Shown: positions 18,487-27,956, numbered from the stretch's first letter. The stretch is DNA of 64,000 nucleotides from Chloroflexota bacterium (GCA_023423795.1 JAFAEX010000311.1:18947-82946); one strand, 5' to 3'. The notes: generated from the letters alone by a model not told the origin. A program made the numbers and translations.

Positions 18487-19218
18487 TCAGCGGCGGCGCA
18501 GGTACCCGCCCGGGTTCTGGGTCAAGTAGAACTTCTCTCGGGAAGGATCGGGCACGAACTCGTCGCTTTCGCCGAGGAATAGCGCCACCGCCTCCATCGG
18601 ACCGGGACCGAAATCCGGCAGGACCGGGTGCCCGTTGATGTTCGTATCTTCCACGATCAGGTACGACCCCGGCGTCACCAACGGTGCGTACAGCCGCATT
18701 TCGGCCAGCACGTGATCGCAGGTGTGGTCGGAATCGAGCAGCACCAGCACGTGGCCTTCAACGCGCGCCGCTAGATTGGTGACCATCCCGGCGATGGCCG
18801 GTTCGGTGGACGATCCGGTCACCCACGCAATTCGCGGGTGGTCGAAGTCCGGCGGTGGAGAAGTGTCGATCGATACAACCCGGCCTGCGCCGAGCAGGTC
18901 GCAGATGTTGGCCATGTAGAGCGCGCTGCCGCCCGACCATGTGCCCGTCTCGACGATCAGCGCCGGCCGTAGTTCGTGCAGGATTTCCTGGTACACCCAC
19001 AGGTCCAGGGGGGTTTTCAGCACGGTGTGGCCGAGCCAGCGTGTATTGGTCCACGTTCGCTCGTGGGCATCGTAGTAAAGTTTGTGGAACAGATCGACGA
19101 CGGTCATCGTCGCGAACGCGTCGGTCCACACCGGATGGCGCGCTGCCGGCGAGTCGGCGGGAGGAGGAGGTGCGGGCACTTTCGCGTGCTTCGCTCGGCC
19201 CTTCTTTTTTCCGCCCAA
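18487..19218 (-). CDS. CmcI/cephalosporin-hydroxylase family class I methyltransferase
   Basis: Family pattern: WLGHTVLKTPLDLWVYQEILHELRPALIVETGTWSGGSALYMA...VVSIDT. An alternative start exists at the internal Met (19107). Confidence 0.85.
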   Translation of the reverse strand: MGGKKKGRAKHAKVPAPPPPADSPAARHPVWTDAFATMTVVDLFHKLYYDAHERTWTNTRWLGHTVLKTPLDLWVYQEILHELRPALIVETGTWSGGSALYMANICDLLGAGRVVSIDTSPPPDFDHPRIAWVTGSSTEPAIAGMVTNLAARVEGHVLVLLDSDHTCDHVLAEMRLYAPLVTPGSYLIVEDTNINGHPVLPDFGPGPMEAVALFLGESDEFVPDPSREKFYLTQNPGGYLRRR

Positions 19219-19334
19219 AGCTCGCCTCCGCGGCCGCTGGCCGACCGCACGCGCCCAACCCGACGTCCGGCGATTGTACGCTTGCCGCGGTCGTGTCGGT
19301 CAGACAGGTCGCATTGTCTCGCTGGAGTGCGCGC

Positions 19335-20237
19335 ATGGGAAAGCGGCGCTTGCACGCGCTCGAACGAGAGCTGCCGATCCTCTCACGCCGCCTCGACGCG
19401 CTCGAACGCGCCGTCGCCTCGGCCCGGATCGATCCCTGCGCCGGTTCGCCGGCAACCGCGCTCTATCTCGACCTCCTCGTGCGGAACCTGACCCGCACCC
19501 TTTATGCCGACGACGGCACCATCCACCCGGGCGACCTGGCCAATGCGCCCGGAGAGCGGGTGACCGCCGCCGACCCCGAACGGCGGCGCGTCGGGCTGGA
19601 CTGGCCGGAACGGGCCGAGACGATGGTTGGCGTCGAGCGGCTCCAGAACACGCGCCGATTGCTGGAGGATGTCATTCGCCGCGGCGTTCCCGGCGACGTC
19701 ATCGAAACCGGCGTCTGGCGCGGCGGCGTCACTATCCTGATGCGCGCCGTCCTCGCCGCCTACCGTGATTCGTCCCGGCTCGTCTGGGTCGCAGACTCCT
19801 TCGACGGCGTTCCCCCGCCGGACGCGAATCGCTATCCGTCCGACACGGGCGACCGACTGCACACGTACCGTGAACTGGCGATCCCGCTGGAGGTCGTGGC
19901 GGCGAACTTCGAGCGCTACGGCCTGCTCGACGAGCAGGTGCGCTTCCTGCCCGGCTGGTTCCGCGATACCTTGCCGTCGGCGCCCATCGAACGACTCGCG
20001 CTGATGCGCCTCGACGGCGACCTTTACGAATCCACCATCGTCGCGCTGGAGGCCCTGTATCCGAAACTCTCCGTGGGCGGCTACGTCGTCATCGACGACT
20101 ACGACCTCGTCGGGTGCCGGCAGGCCGTCGATGGGTTCCGCACCGCCAACAGCATAACTGCGCCATTGGAAACCGTGGATTGGACCGGCGTGTGGTGGCG
20201 AAAGCGGGACGTGTTCCATACCGTCGAGTCTCGCTAA
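19335..20237 (+). CDS. TylF/MycF (macrocin O-methyltransferase) family methyltransferase
   Basis: Family pattern: GDVIETGVWRGGVTILMRAVL...VWVADSFDGVPPP...LMRLDGDLYESTIVALEALYPKLSVGGYVVIDDY. The start is ATG 19335, in frame within the longer track ORF. Confidence 0.85.
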   Translation: MGKRRLHALERELPILSRRLDALERAVASARIDPCAGSPATALYLDLLVRNLTRTLYADDGTIHPGDLANAPGERVTAADPERRRVGLDWPERAETMVGVERLQNTRRLLEDVIRRGVPGDVIETGVWRGGVTILMRAVLAAYRDSSRLVWVADSFDGVPPPDANRYPSDTGDRLHTYRELAIPLEVVAANFERYGLLDEQVRFLPGWFRDTLPSAPIERLALMRLDGDLYESTIVALEALYPKLSVGGYVVIDDYDLVGCRQAVDGFRTANSITAPLETVDWTGVWWRKRDVFHTVESR

Positions 20238-20304
20238 TCACGGACGTGCCGCCGGCGGCTCGTCGATTCAGTTCTTGGGCAGCGTCAGGGGGCAGGGCCA
20301 GGTG

Positions 20305-20982
20305 TCAGATGACCATCGTTCGCCGGACCTCTTTGAGCCAATCGTCAACCGACACGCGCTCGACCTCGGCCAGGTAGGTCAGTACTTGCTCGTCGTAGGG
20401 CCGAGGGTCGCCGATGACCTCCGCCACCGTAACGTCGTATCGCTCGCGAAGCACCGTGCTTGACGGGTCCAGGTTGCCGACCAGCAGCATTCCGCTGGGA
20501 AAGGAGTCAACCACGGTGAGGCGCAGATCCGGCCGCAGCAGGTGAAGGCAGGGCACGATCCGCCAAACGTCGCCCGTCCAGCTCAGGTGGGCCGGCTCGC
20601 GTAGTGCCCAGTCAACCGCCGCCGGCAGCACGTCGTGGATGGCAATCACGCCCTGCGGTGAGCACCAGCGTTCCACGTTGGCGAAATCGCGCAGGACGTT
20701 CTCGAATCGGTGCATGCCGTCGATGAACGCGAACTCGAGGTCGGCGCCGTCGAGCACGTCGTCGCGGTCGAACGCCTCGAAGAACTGGTCACTCGTGAGA
20801 CGGTAGAGTTTGAGCCACGGTTTCGTGCCGAGCGGATCGACCTCGATGACCGGCGCTGGATCGATGCCAACCGAGCGCGATGCCGAAAGCGCGAGCGATT
20901 TCCCGGTCCAGACCCCGATTTCGAGGTACGCCTGCGGCGTCAGCAAGTGGTGGAGGACGTTCAGGTGTTCGTAGTAATCCAT
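20305..20982 (-). CDS. Class I SAM-dependent methyltransferase (Methyltransf_24-like)
   Basis: It starts MDYYEHLNVLHHLLTPQAYLEIGVWTGKSLALS...FAFIDGMHRFENVLRDF. The start codon at 20980-20982 overlaps the upstream gene stop (20961) by 22 nt. Confidence 0.75.
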   Translation of the reverse strand: MDYYEHLNVLHHLLTPQAYLEIGVWTGKSLALSASRSVGIDPAPVIEVDPLGTKPWLKLYRLTSDQFFEAFDRDDVLDGADLEFAFIDGMHRFENVLRDFANVERWCSPQGVIAIHDVLPAAVDWALREPAHLSWTGDVWRIVPCLHLLRPDLRLTVVDSFPSGMLLVGNLDPSSTVLRERYDVTVAEVIGDPRPYDEQVLTYLAEVERVSVDDWLKEVRRTMVI

Positions 20983-23354
20983 CGGTGCTCCCCCGCCAGT
21001 TCGACCCACATCGCTCGGCTCCGGCTGTCTTCGGGTGGCAGTTCGATTTCGTTCGCTTCGATCGCCAACCCGGTCAGGTTTGTCTCGTACCCGGCAGGGT
21101 CGGCGCGGTAGCGCAGCAGCTGCTCTCGTACCAACGCATGGTTCTGGCGTTCGTCCGCCCAAACCGTGGCGTCGAGCGTGCGCGTGCCCGGCAGCGTCGT
21201 TCGCCCAAGACCCCGCTCGATGTACGGGTCGAGCCCAAGCATCAGGGGAAAACTGGGCATGCCCCATTCAAAAAAGTAGCGCGAACCGCCGAAGCTCTCG
21301 ACGCCGTCGGTGTACATGGATGGAGGCGCCGTTTCGCAGAACGCCCGCACCGTCTCGTCGCGCATCACGTAGAAGGTGGAGATCGTGACGATCGAAAGCG
21401 CCCGGACCGGACGGTTCGCCATCCGTTCCAGCGCGTCGGCGTCGAACGTCATGTCCTTCCAGGGGACTATGTAATTCAGGGCGAACAGTCCGATGCCCGG
21501 ATCGGAGAAGTAGCCGTCGATCACGTCCCGACGGCCCCAGAACCGCTTTTCGAACGTCCAGCGTACCCGGTCGTAGGCGCGACTGGTGGGCGACGATGCG
21601 CCCTTCGTATGCCCGAACCAGACCAGATCGAACCGCTCCTCCGTTGCCCGCAGGGCAGCCAGGGCAGCGACGAATCCGGCCGCGTCCGAGTTCGTGGTCA
21701 CACCCCGCGGCGCGTGGCGGATCTCCACGTCGAGGCCGGAGCGGCGCACGGCGTCCTCCCATGCGGTGCACGAGCCGTGGTTGATCCCGACGAAGATCTT
21801 CGAGTCCGCATGCTGCCGCGCCAACGTCGCCAGCAGGTGCTCGCCGACCGGCATCGCCTCGTCCGGTACCCAGCTTGCGAACAGCACGGCGTCCCGGCGG
21901 TCGGCGTTCGCTTTGGAGAAGGCCGGCGGCCGCGGATTGGTCAGGACGCCATGCCTGGGGCCGCGGCGCAGGGCACGTGCCCGGTCGATGCGCAGCCCCC
22001 GGACGTCCAATCGTGCTCCCACGGGCGCCTGCGGTTCGAGGCGCAGGTTGTCCCAGAGCATCCAACCGTGAACGCGCCAGTTCGCTTCCTCGTCGATGGC
22101 CAGTTCCAGCGTGGCGAACGGGTCGATGGCATTCCCGTCGAGGTCGGCATCGATGACGATTGTACCGGCCGTGGGATCGGCGGTGACCGCACAGTATGCG
22201 AACGGGTGGTCGATCAAGTGCGGCTGGTACACGTTGAACCACGCTTCGTGGCGATAGCCAGCCATCGTTACGAATGCGAGGCGCAACGTTTCGATGCGTT
22301 GGGTGGCGAGCGCCAGGCGGACCCGCGACGGAATGGCGATCGGGTCGGCGAGCGTCAGCGAAACCGACGGATCGATCAGCGCCTCCTTCGCGACGAATGC
22401 GCCGACGCCGACGGTGCTCCAGCCGCGAACGGCGAACGCGGCGACCGCGTCCAGCCGTTGGTCATCGTCAATAGGACCCGCTCGCCTCCCCCGCTGCAGG
22501 ACGGCGAAGAACTCGCCGCTGCCGGCCAACGTGTCGTAGACCCGGAGCGGGTACAGGTCGGTCACTCCGGCTGCGTTCAGGAGTCGAAGTACGTCGCGGA
22601 ACGACGATGGCGTGAAGACCCATGTTCGGCGAACCGACGGAGCGCCGCCGCTCGTCGCCGCATCGAACGTCTGCATCGCGTCGAACAGGCCATCGGCATC
22701 GGCCCGCATCGGCACGCCGTGATGCCCCTGCCAATGTTGTTCCGGATCGTCATGCGTCCTCAGCACGATGTCCGCGATCGTCGTGCCGAGACTGGGCTCG
22801 GTCGGGCGGGAGACCAGCGCGGCCATCGCGTCGGCGATTGTGCTCTCGGGCCGAAAGTGGTCGCGGCCGAAGCGCTTGTCCGGGATCGCCAGGACGAACA
22901 CGCCGCCCGGCCGCAACCACCGCTCCACTTGAACGAGGTGCCCGGCAAGATCGGGCAGATAGGGCAGAAGCTGGTCGCCGAACACGAGGTCGAGTTGGCC
23001 GTCGAGGATGGCGAGGTCCGCGTCGGTGGATCCCACCGGGTCGCCGAGCGCCGGCACGGCGGACAGCCCCCCGTCCGATCCAGCCAGCAACCTCGCACCG
23101 TCCGGTCCCAGGACCAGTGCTGAAGGCGCCGACCGCGCCAGCTCCTTTATGGCGGCACGGCCGAACGGCCCGTGGGCTTGCCGACCGTGTGCTCGCCCGT
23201 CCCGCTCGTAGTGGGCCTCCAGTTCGGCATCGGTCAAGTCTCGGAGATCCGGGTTGAACGACCTATAGGCGTTTGCGGAGAACTCGGGCGGGAACACCGA
23301 AGATCCGTAAGGCGCCCATTGGGGCCAGCCCTCGCTCGTCGGTTCTGGGGTCAT
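20961..23354 (-). CDS. Fusion protein: N-terminal class I methyltransferase + middle region + C-terminal uncharacterised ~310-aa domain (domain X)
   Basis: The start is ATG 23352-23354 (MTPEPTSEGW). The N-terminal third is collinear with the whole 305-aa methyltransferase at 29685-30602. The C-terminal 310 aa are collinear with the C-terminus of the protein at 34383-36239 (RHADSKIFVGINHGS, VWFGHTKG, FGGSRYFFEW). Confidence 0.8.
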   Translation of the reverse strand: MTPEPTSEGWPQWAPYGSSVFPPEFSANAYRSFNPDLRDLTDAELEAHYERDGRAHGRQAHGPFGRAAIKELARSAPSALVLGPDGARLLAGSDGGLSAVPALGDPVGSTDADLAILDGQLDLVFGDQLLPYLPDLAGHLVQVERWLRPGGVFVLAIPDKRFGRDHFRPESTIADAMAALVSRPTEPSLGTTIADIVLRTHDDPEQHWQGHHGVPMRADADGLFDAMQTFDAATSGGAPSVRRTWVFTPSSFRDVLRLLNAAGVTDLYPLRVYDTLAGSGEFFAVLQRGRRAGPIDDDQRLDAVAAFAVRGWSTVGVGAFVAKEALIDPSVSLTLADPIAIPSRVRLALATQRIETLRLAFVTMAGYRHEAWFNVYQPHLIDHPFAYCAVTADPTAGTIVIDADLDGNAIDPFATLELAIDEEANWRVHGWMLWDNLRLEPQAPVGARLDVRGLRIDRARALRRGPRHGVLTNPRPPAFSKANADRRDAVLFASWVPDEAMPVGEHLLATLARQHADSKIFVGINHGSCTAWEDAVRRSGLDVEIRHAPRGVTTNSDAAGFVAALAALRATEERFDLVWFGHTKGASSPTSRAYDRVRWTFEKRFWGRRDVIDGYFSDPGIGLFALNYIVPWKDMTFDADALERMANRPVRALSIVTISTFYVMRDETVRAFCETAPPSMYTDGVESFGGSRYFFEWGMPSFPLMLGLDPYIERGLGRTTLPGTRTLDATVWADERQNHALVREQLLRYRADPAGYETNLTGLAIEANEIELPPEDSRSRAMWVELAGEHRWITTNT

Positions 23355-23528
23355 CGCGTTCTCCGCTCGCCGATTCGGCGGCCCACTGCGGCCGGTAGCG
23401 GCTTGGGCGACGCAATGCCGCCGTACGTCGGCGAGCACCGTTGGTCCTGCGCCGGTTCGCTGCGACGCCGCGTTCGTCGGGCAATCGACGCGGCGCTCCT
23501 CACGTGCTGCCGGGCCGGCTGCGCCGGG

Positions 23529-24212
23529 TCAGTCGGCATCGCCATCGAATCGTACCCCGGCGACCGATTCCAGTACCCGCCGCACCTGCTCCTCCAGCGG
23601 CGGCCAGCCGAAACCCGGCATCGCCCAGCGGAGCGACGCGATCCCATGCAGCGCCGTCCACACCTCAACCGCCAGCGCGAACGGATCGGTGCTCGGCGCG
23701 CACCCCGCCTCCATGCAGCGGGCCAGCGCATCGACGAGCGTGCCGAGCGCATCCCGTCCGGAATCCGGTTCGCCAGGGCCGGCCGTCGCGCCGTCGCGGG
23801 GCGTCGCGAACAGTGCCCGGTATGCTCCGGGGCGCTGTTCCGCGAACCGGCAGTAGGCGAGGCAGCCGGACAGCAGCGCCTGCGGCGGGTCCGGGGTCTC
23901 GGCGAACGCCTCCACGATGGTGTCCCGCAGATCGACGAAGAACTCGTCCACGATGCCGCGCTGCAACTCCTCTTTCGAGGCGAAATGGAGGTAGATCGAG
24001 GGCGCGGCGATGCCCGCCTCGCGCGCCACCGCCCGCAGCGACAGGCTGTCCTCGGCGCTTCCGGCCGCCATCAGCCGCTCGGCGGCCGACACGATCTCCG
24101 CTCGCAGGCGCGTGCCTTCGCCGTGCCGGTTGCGTTGCCGGGACGCCCGTTGACCAGCCGGATCGGCTGGCCCGCGATGCGCCGCGTGCGCGCCGCGTTT
24201 CGGTTCGCCCAC
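23529..24212 (-). CDS. TetR/AcrR family transcriptional regulator
   Basis: The N-terminal TetR HTH reads LSLRAVAREAGIAAPSIYLHFASKEEL. Confidence 0.88.
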   Translation of the reverse strand: MGEPKRGAHAAHRGPADPAGQRASRQRNRHGEGTRLRAEIVSAAERLMAAGSAEDSLSLRAVAREAGIAAPSIYLHFASKEELQRGIVDEFFVDLRDTIVEAFAETPDPPQALLSGCLAYCRFAEQRPGAYRALFATPRDGATAGPGEPDSGRDALGTLVDALARCMEAGCAPSTDPFALAVEVWTALHGIASLRWAMPGFGWPPLEEQVRRVLESVAGVRFDGDAD

Positions 24213-24242
24213 GGCCTGTCCTTCCGGTGGTTGACGGATCGC

Positions 24243-24282
24243 CTAACGGTCGTTAGCATGCGGTTATGCTAACGACCGTTAG
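24243..24282. promoter_or_regulatory. Putative TetR operator: perfect 17-bp inverted repeat containing two TAACGNNCGTTA palindromes
   Basis: CTAACGGTCGTTAGCAT (24243-24259), a 6-nt spacer, then ATGCTAACGACCGTTAG (24266-24282). It sits in the 108-bp divergent region between the TetR gene and the membrane-protein gene. Confidence 0.6.
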
Positions 24283-24320
24283 TTTACCACCCGGCCGGGT
24301 GGTTCCGGCTCCGTCCCGAG

Positions 24321-25346
24321 GTGCATCCCGTGTCCGACCTTCCCCTCACCTCACCCGTAGCGACTGCGCATAAGCGAACCGGAAGCGGTTCGTACCGGGT
24401 CTTCACCCGGTGGCTGTCGTTCTGCCGGGCGAACCGGCCGCTTGCCGCGCTCGTCGCCATGATGGTCGTTGCCCTCGCCGTCTTCCTCGCCGGGTTGGCG
24501 CTCGACCCGCGCGTGGTCACCGGCGCGCCGGTCTGGATGAAGCCGGCCAAGTTCGCCCTGTCGATCGCCGTCTACGCCGCGACGCTGGCGTGGCTGTTGT
24601 CCTTCCTGCGAGATCGCCGACCGCTGGCGGTGTCCGTCGTCTCGTGGGCGACCGCCGTCCTGCTCGGCGGCGAGATCGTCATCATTGCCGTGCAGGCCGC
24701 GCGCGGCACAACCAGCCATTTCAACAACGCGACCTCGCTCGATGCCGCGCTCTTTTCGGCGATGGGCGCGATGATCGCCGTCGTCTGGTTCCTTGCGGTG
24801 GCGGCGGCGCTGCTGCTGTGGCGCTACCCGTTCGCCGACCGCGCGATGGGGCGGGCGATCCGCTTCGGCGTGGTCGTGTCGCTGCTCGGCATGGCCGTCG
24901 CTTTCCTGATGACCGTGCCGCGACCCGAGCAGATCGCGGCCGGCTCCGCGATCCTCGGCGCGCATTCCTACGGCGTCGCGGATGGCGGCCCCGGTTTGCC
25001 CGTCGTCGGCTGGAGCACGACCGGCGGCGACCTGCGGATCGCGCACTTCGTCGGCATGCACGCGCTGCAGGTGCTGCCGCTGCTCGCCTGGGCGCTCGTC
25101 CGCTTCGGTCCCTCGTGGCTGACGGAGGCCACCCGCGCCCGCCTCGTCGGCATCGCGGCGGCCGGCTACCTGGGCGCGCTGGCCATCCTCACCTGGCAGG
25201 CATTGCGCGGCCAGCCGCTGCTCGCGCCGGACGCCGCGACCCTGCTGGCTGCTCGCGCCGTGCTCGGCGCCGTCGTCGTCGCGGTTGGCAGCGTCGTTGC
25301 GGAGGCGCGGCGGCACCTGCCCCTCCGACCGCCCGCGGTCGCGTAG
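24321..25346 (+). CDS. Polytopic membrane protein of unknown function
   Basis: Roughly 8 hydrophobic segments, good codon periodicity, no recognised family. It is divergent from the TetR gene. The start is uncertain because internal Met codons exist. Confidence 0.7.
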   Translation: MHPVSDLPLTSPVATAHKRTGSGSYRVFTRWLSFCRANRPLAALVAMMVVALAVFLAGLALDPRVVTGAPVWMKPAKFALSIAVYAATLAWLLSFLRDRRPLAVSVVSWATAVLLGGEIVIIAVQAARGTTSHFNNATSLDAALFSAMGAMIAVVWFLAVAAALLLWRYPFADRAMGRAIRFGVVVSLLGMAVAFLMTVPRPEQIAAGSAILGAHSYGVADGGPGLPVVGWSTTGGDLRIAHFVGMHALQVLPLLAWALVRFGPSWLTEATRARLVGIAAAGYLGALAILTWQALRGQPLLAPDAATLLAARAVLGAVVVAVGSVVAEARRHLPLRPPAVA

Positions 25347-25386
25347 GCGCCGGGGATGGCGCCGCCCACGTCGCCGGCCAAACAAC

Positions 25387-25420
25387 AAACGGGGCGGCGG
25401 GATTTCCCGCCGCCCCGTTT
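25387..25420. terminator. Bidirectional intrinsic terminator (A-tract / hairpin / T-tract)
   Basis: AAACGGGGCGGCGGGA (25387-25402) pairs with TCCCGCCGCCCCGTTT (25405-25420). It lies between the stops at 25346 (+) and 25447 (-, nuoD). Confidence 0.65.
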
Positions 25421-25446
25421 CTCGTTCGCGGATACGCAAGAGCCCG

Positions 25447-26739
25447 TTAGCGGTCCACCGACCCGAGCACGATGTCGATCGTGCCGATCAGCGCCACGAT
25501 GTCGGCCAGCATCGCGCCCTGCGCCAGGTGCGGCAGGACACCGAGGTTCACGAAGTCCGGCGTGCGGATCCGCCAGCGGTAGGGCATCGGGCCGCCGTCG
25601 GAGACGAAGTAGTAGCCGTTCTCGCCCTTCGGGTGCTCCATCGAGGCCCACGCTTCGCCGACCGGCGGATTGAACCCCTTGATCACCCAGATGAAGTGGC
25701 GCTGCATGTCCTCGGCGGTCGTCATCGTGCCCTTGTGGGGCGGGATGACGTAGGCCGATTCGTAGGCCATCAGCGGCGTGTCCATCCGCTCGCAGTGGTC
25801 GAGGCACTGCTCGATGATGCGGATCGCCTGCCGCATCTCTTCCATGCGGACGAGGTAGCGGTCGAACGTGTCGCCGTGCTGCCCGAGCGGCACCTCGAAG
25901 TCCAGCCGGTCGTACACGAGGTACGGCAGCGCCTTGCGGACGTCGAAGTTGATCCCCGACCCGCGCAGGCAGGCGCCGGTCAGCGAGTAGGAGATGGCGG
26001 CTTCCGGGGTGATCACCCCGATGCCCTTGGTGCGGGCCTGCCAGATCGGGTTCCCCGTCAGTAGCGCCTCGTACTCCGCCTGCCGCGACGGGAAGATCTT
26101 GCAGAAATCGCGGACCATGCCCGGCAGGTTCTCGGGGATCGGCCGCGAAAAGCCGCCGATCTCCATCATGTTGGTCGTCAGCCGGGCGCCGCAGAACGTC
26201 TCGAAGATGTCGAGGATGAGTTCCCGCTCGCGGAAGCAGTACAGCGACATCGAGAGCGCGCCGATGTCCAGCGCGTGCGTGCCCAGCCACACGAGGTGGG
26301 AGGTCAGCCGCGACAGCTCGCTCATGATCACGCGCCAGTACTGGGCGCGCTCCGGCGACACGACATCGACGAGTTTCTCGATCGCCAGCACGCAGCCGAG
26401 GTTGTTCATCGGCGCGGCGACGTAGTCGGTGCGGTCGGTCCACGGGATGACCTGGGCGTAGCGGTGCGCCTCGCCCAGTTTTTCCGTGCCGCGGTGCAGG
26501 TAGCCGATGACGGGATCGCAGTCGGTGATGACCTCGCCGTCCAGCTTCAGGATCACCCGCAGCACGCCGTGCGTGGAGGGGTGCTGCGGACCCATGTTGA
26601 GGACCATTTGCCGGCGGTCTTCGCCGAGGTCGATCGCGTCGGTGACCGAGAAGGTCCCCATCGCGTCGGCCGAAGACGCCCCGAAGTCGGGCGCCAACTC
26701 CGGCGCGATCTCGCCCGGTCGGTTCGCGGTGGCCGCCAT
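25447..26739 (-). CDS. nuoD: NADH-quinone oxidoreductase subunit D
   Basis: NuoD signature: LNMGPQHPSTHGVLR...GYLHRGTEKL... Confidence 0.95.
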   Translation of the reverse strand: MAATANRPGEIAPELAPDFGASSADAMGTFSVTDAIDLGEDRRQMVLNMGPQHPSTHGVLRVILKLDGEVITDCDPVIGYLHRGTEKLGEAHRYAQVIPWTDRTDYVAAPMNNLGCVLAIEKLVDVVSPERAQYWRVIMSELSRLTSHLVWLGTHALDIGALSMSLYCFRERELILDIFETFCGARLTTNMMEIGGFSRPIPENLPGMVRDFCKIFPSRQAEYEALLTGNPIWQARTKGIGVITPEAAISYSLTGACLRGSGINFDVRKALPYLVYDRLDFEVPLGQHGDTFDRYLVRMEEMRQAIRIIEQCLDHCERMDTPLMAYESAYVIPPHKGTMTTAEDMQRHFIWVIKGFNPPVGEAWASMEHPKGENGYYFVSDGGPMPYRWRIRTPDFVNLGVLPHLAQGAMLADIVALIGTIDIVLGSVDR

Positions 26740-26740
26740 C

Positions 26741-27400
26741 TCAGGAAGACTCCCTGCCGGTCCAGCGGGTGCGGACGCGGCCGATGGTGCGTTCGGTGTT
26801 GGTAGCCGGGAACTCCCGCCAGCCGCGCAGGGGGTAGTCCTTCCGCAGCGGGTGGCCTTCGTCCCAGTCGTCGGGCAGGAGCATCCGGCGCAGGTTCGGG
26901 TGGCCTTCGAAGACGATCCCGAACATGTCGTAGGTTTCGCGCTCCATCCAGTTTGCGCCGTTCCAGAGCGGCACCAGCGAGGGCACCGGTTCGCCGTCGT
27001 TGCAGCCGGCCTTGATCCGCAGCCGGACGCGGTTGGGCAGGCTGTACAGCAGCGCCACCACGTCGAAGCGCGGGTTCTCGCGCAGGCGCAGCATGTCCAC
27101 CGCGGTGCTGTCGGTCAGGAAGTTGAAGCTCAGCCGCGGGTGGTCGCGCAGGAAGCGGCAGACCTCGCGGTAGTCCTCGCGGCGGACGTGGATGGTGGTT
27201 TCGTCGCGGAAGCGGACGACGTCCACGAGGCTGTCCGGCATGTTCGCGCGCAGTTCGCGCAGCGCCGGGTGCAGCTCGACGTCGTCGTCAAAATAGAGTT
27301 CGCGCGCCCACGGGTCGGCCGGGGCCGCCCGCTCGACGCCCTCGGCCGGGGCCGCCAGCGCGCTCTGGGAGGTGAATGTTCGCTCGCTCACGCCGCGCAA
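26741..27400 (-). CDS. nuoC: NADH-quinone oxidoreductase subunit C
   Basis: NuoC 30-kDa subunit pattern: [12 protein letters not shown]...[24 protein letters not shown]. It abuts the nuoD start. Confidence 0.93.
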   Translation of the reverse strand: MRGVSERTFTSQSALAAPAEGVERAAPADPWARELYFDDDVELHPALRELRANMPDSLVDVVRFRDETTIHVRREDYREVCRFLRDHPRLSFNFLTDSTAVDMLRLRENPRFDVVALLYSLPNRVRLRIKAGCNDGEPVPSLVPLWNGANWMERETYDMFGIVFEGHPNLRRMLLPDDWDEGHPLRKDYPLRGWREFPATNTERTIGRVRTRWTGRESS

Positions 27401-27404
27401 CTCC

Positions 27405-27956
27405 CTAGCCGTGGACGGCGGTCATGGCCGCCTCGCGCTCGGCCACGCGATGGGCCTCGGCGGCGTCCTTGCCCTGCTTGCGGGCCATCGTTTCGTACTT
27501 GATGACCTTGTTCTGCAGTTCCAGGATGCCGTAGTACAGCGCTTCCGGGGTGGGCGGGCAGCCGGGCACGTAGACGTCCACCGGGATCACCTGGTCCACG
27601 CCCTGCACCACCGCGTAGGTGTCGTAGGGGCCGCCGACGTTGGCGCAGGAGCCCATCGAGAGCACCCACTTCGGCTCGGCCATCTGGTCGTAGAGGGTCC
27701 GCACCACCGGGGCCATCTTCTTGGTGACGGTGCCGGCGATGATCATCAGGTCGGCCTGCCGCGGCGAGGCGCGGTAGAGCATGCCGAAGCGCTCGGCGAG
27801 GTCGAACCGGGCCATGGAGGCCGAGATCATCTCGATCGCGCAGCAGGCCAGCCCGAACTGGAGCCACCAGAGCGACGAGCGCCGGGCCCAGTTGAAGACG
27901 AAGTCCAGCGACGTGATGAAGACGTTCTTGTCGAAGCGGTCGTCGATCAGACCCAT
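27405..27956 (-). CDS. nuoB: NADH-quinone oxidoreductase subunit B
   Basis: N2 cluster ligand contexts are [21 protein letters not shown] and GCPPTPE. The start is ATG 27954-27956 ([10 protein letters not shown]). Confidence 0.95.
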   Translation of the reverse strand: MGLIDDRFDKNVFITSLDFVFNWARRSSLWWLQFGLACCAIEMISASMARFDLAERFGMLYRASPRQADLMIIAGTVTKKMAPVVRTLYDQMAEPKWVLSMGSCANVGGPYDTYAVVQGVDQVIPVDVYVPGCPPTPEALYYGILELQNKVIKYETMARKQGKDAAEAHRVAEREAAMTAVHG

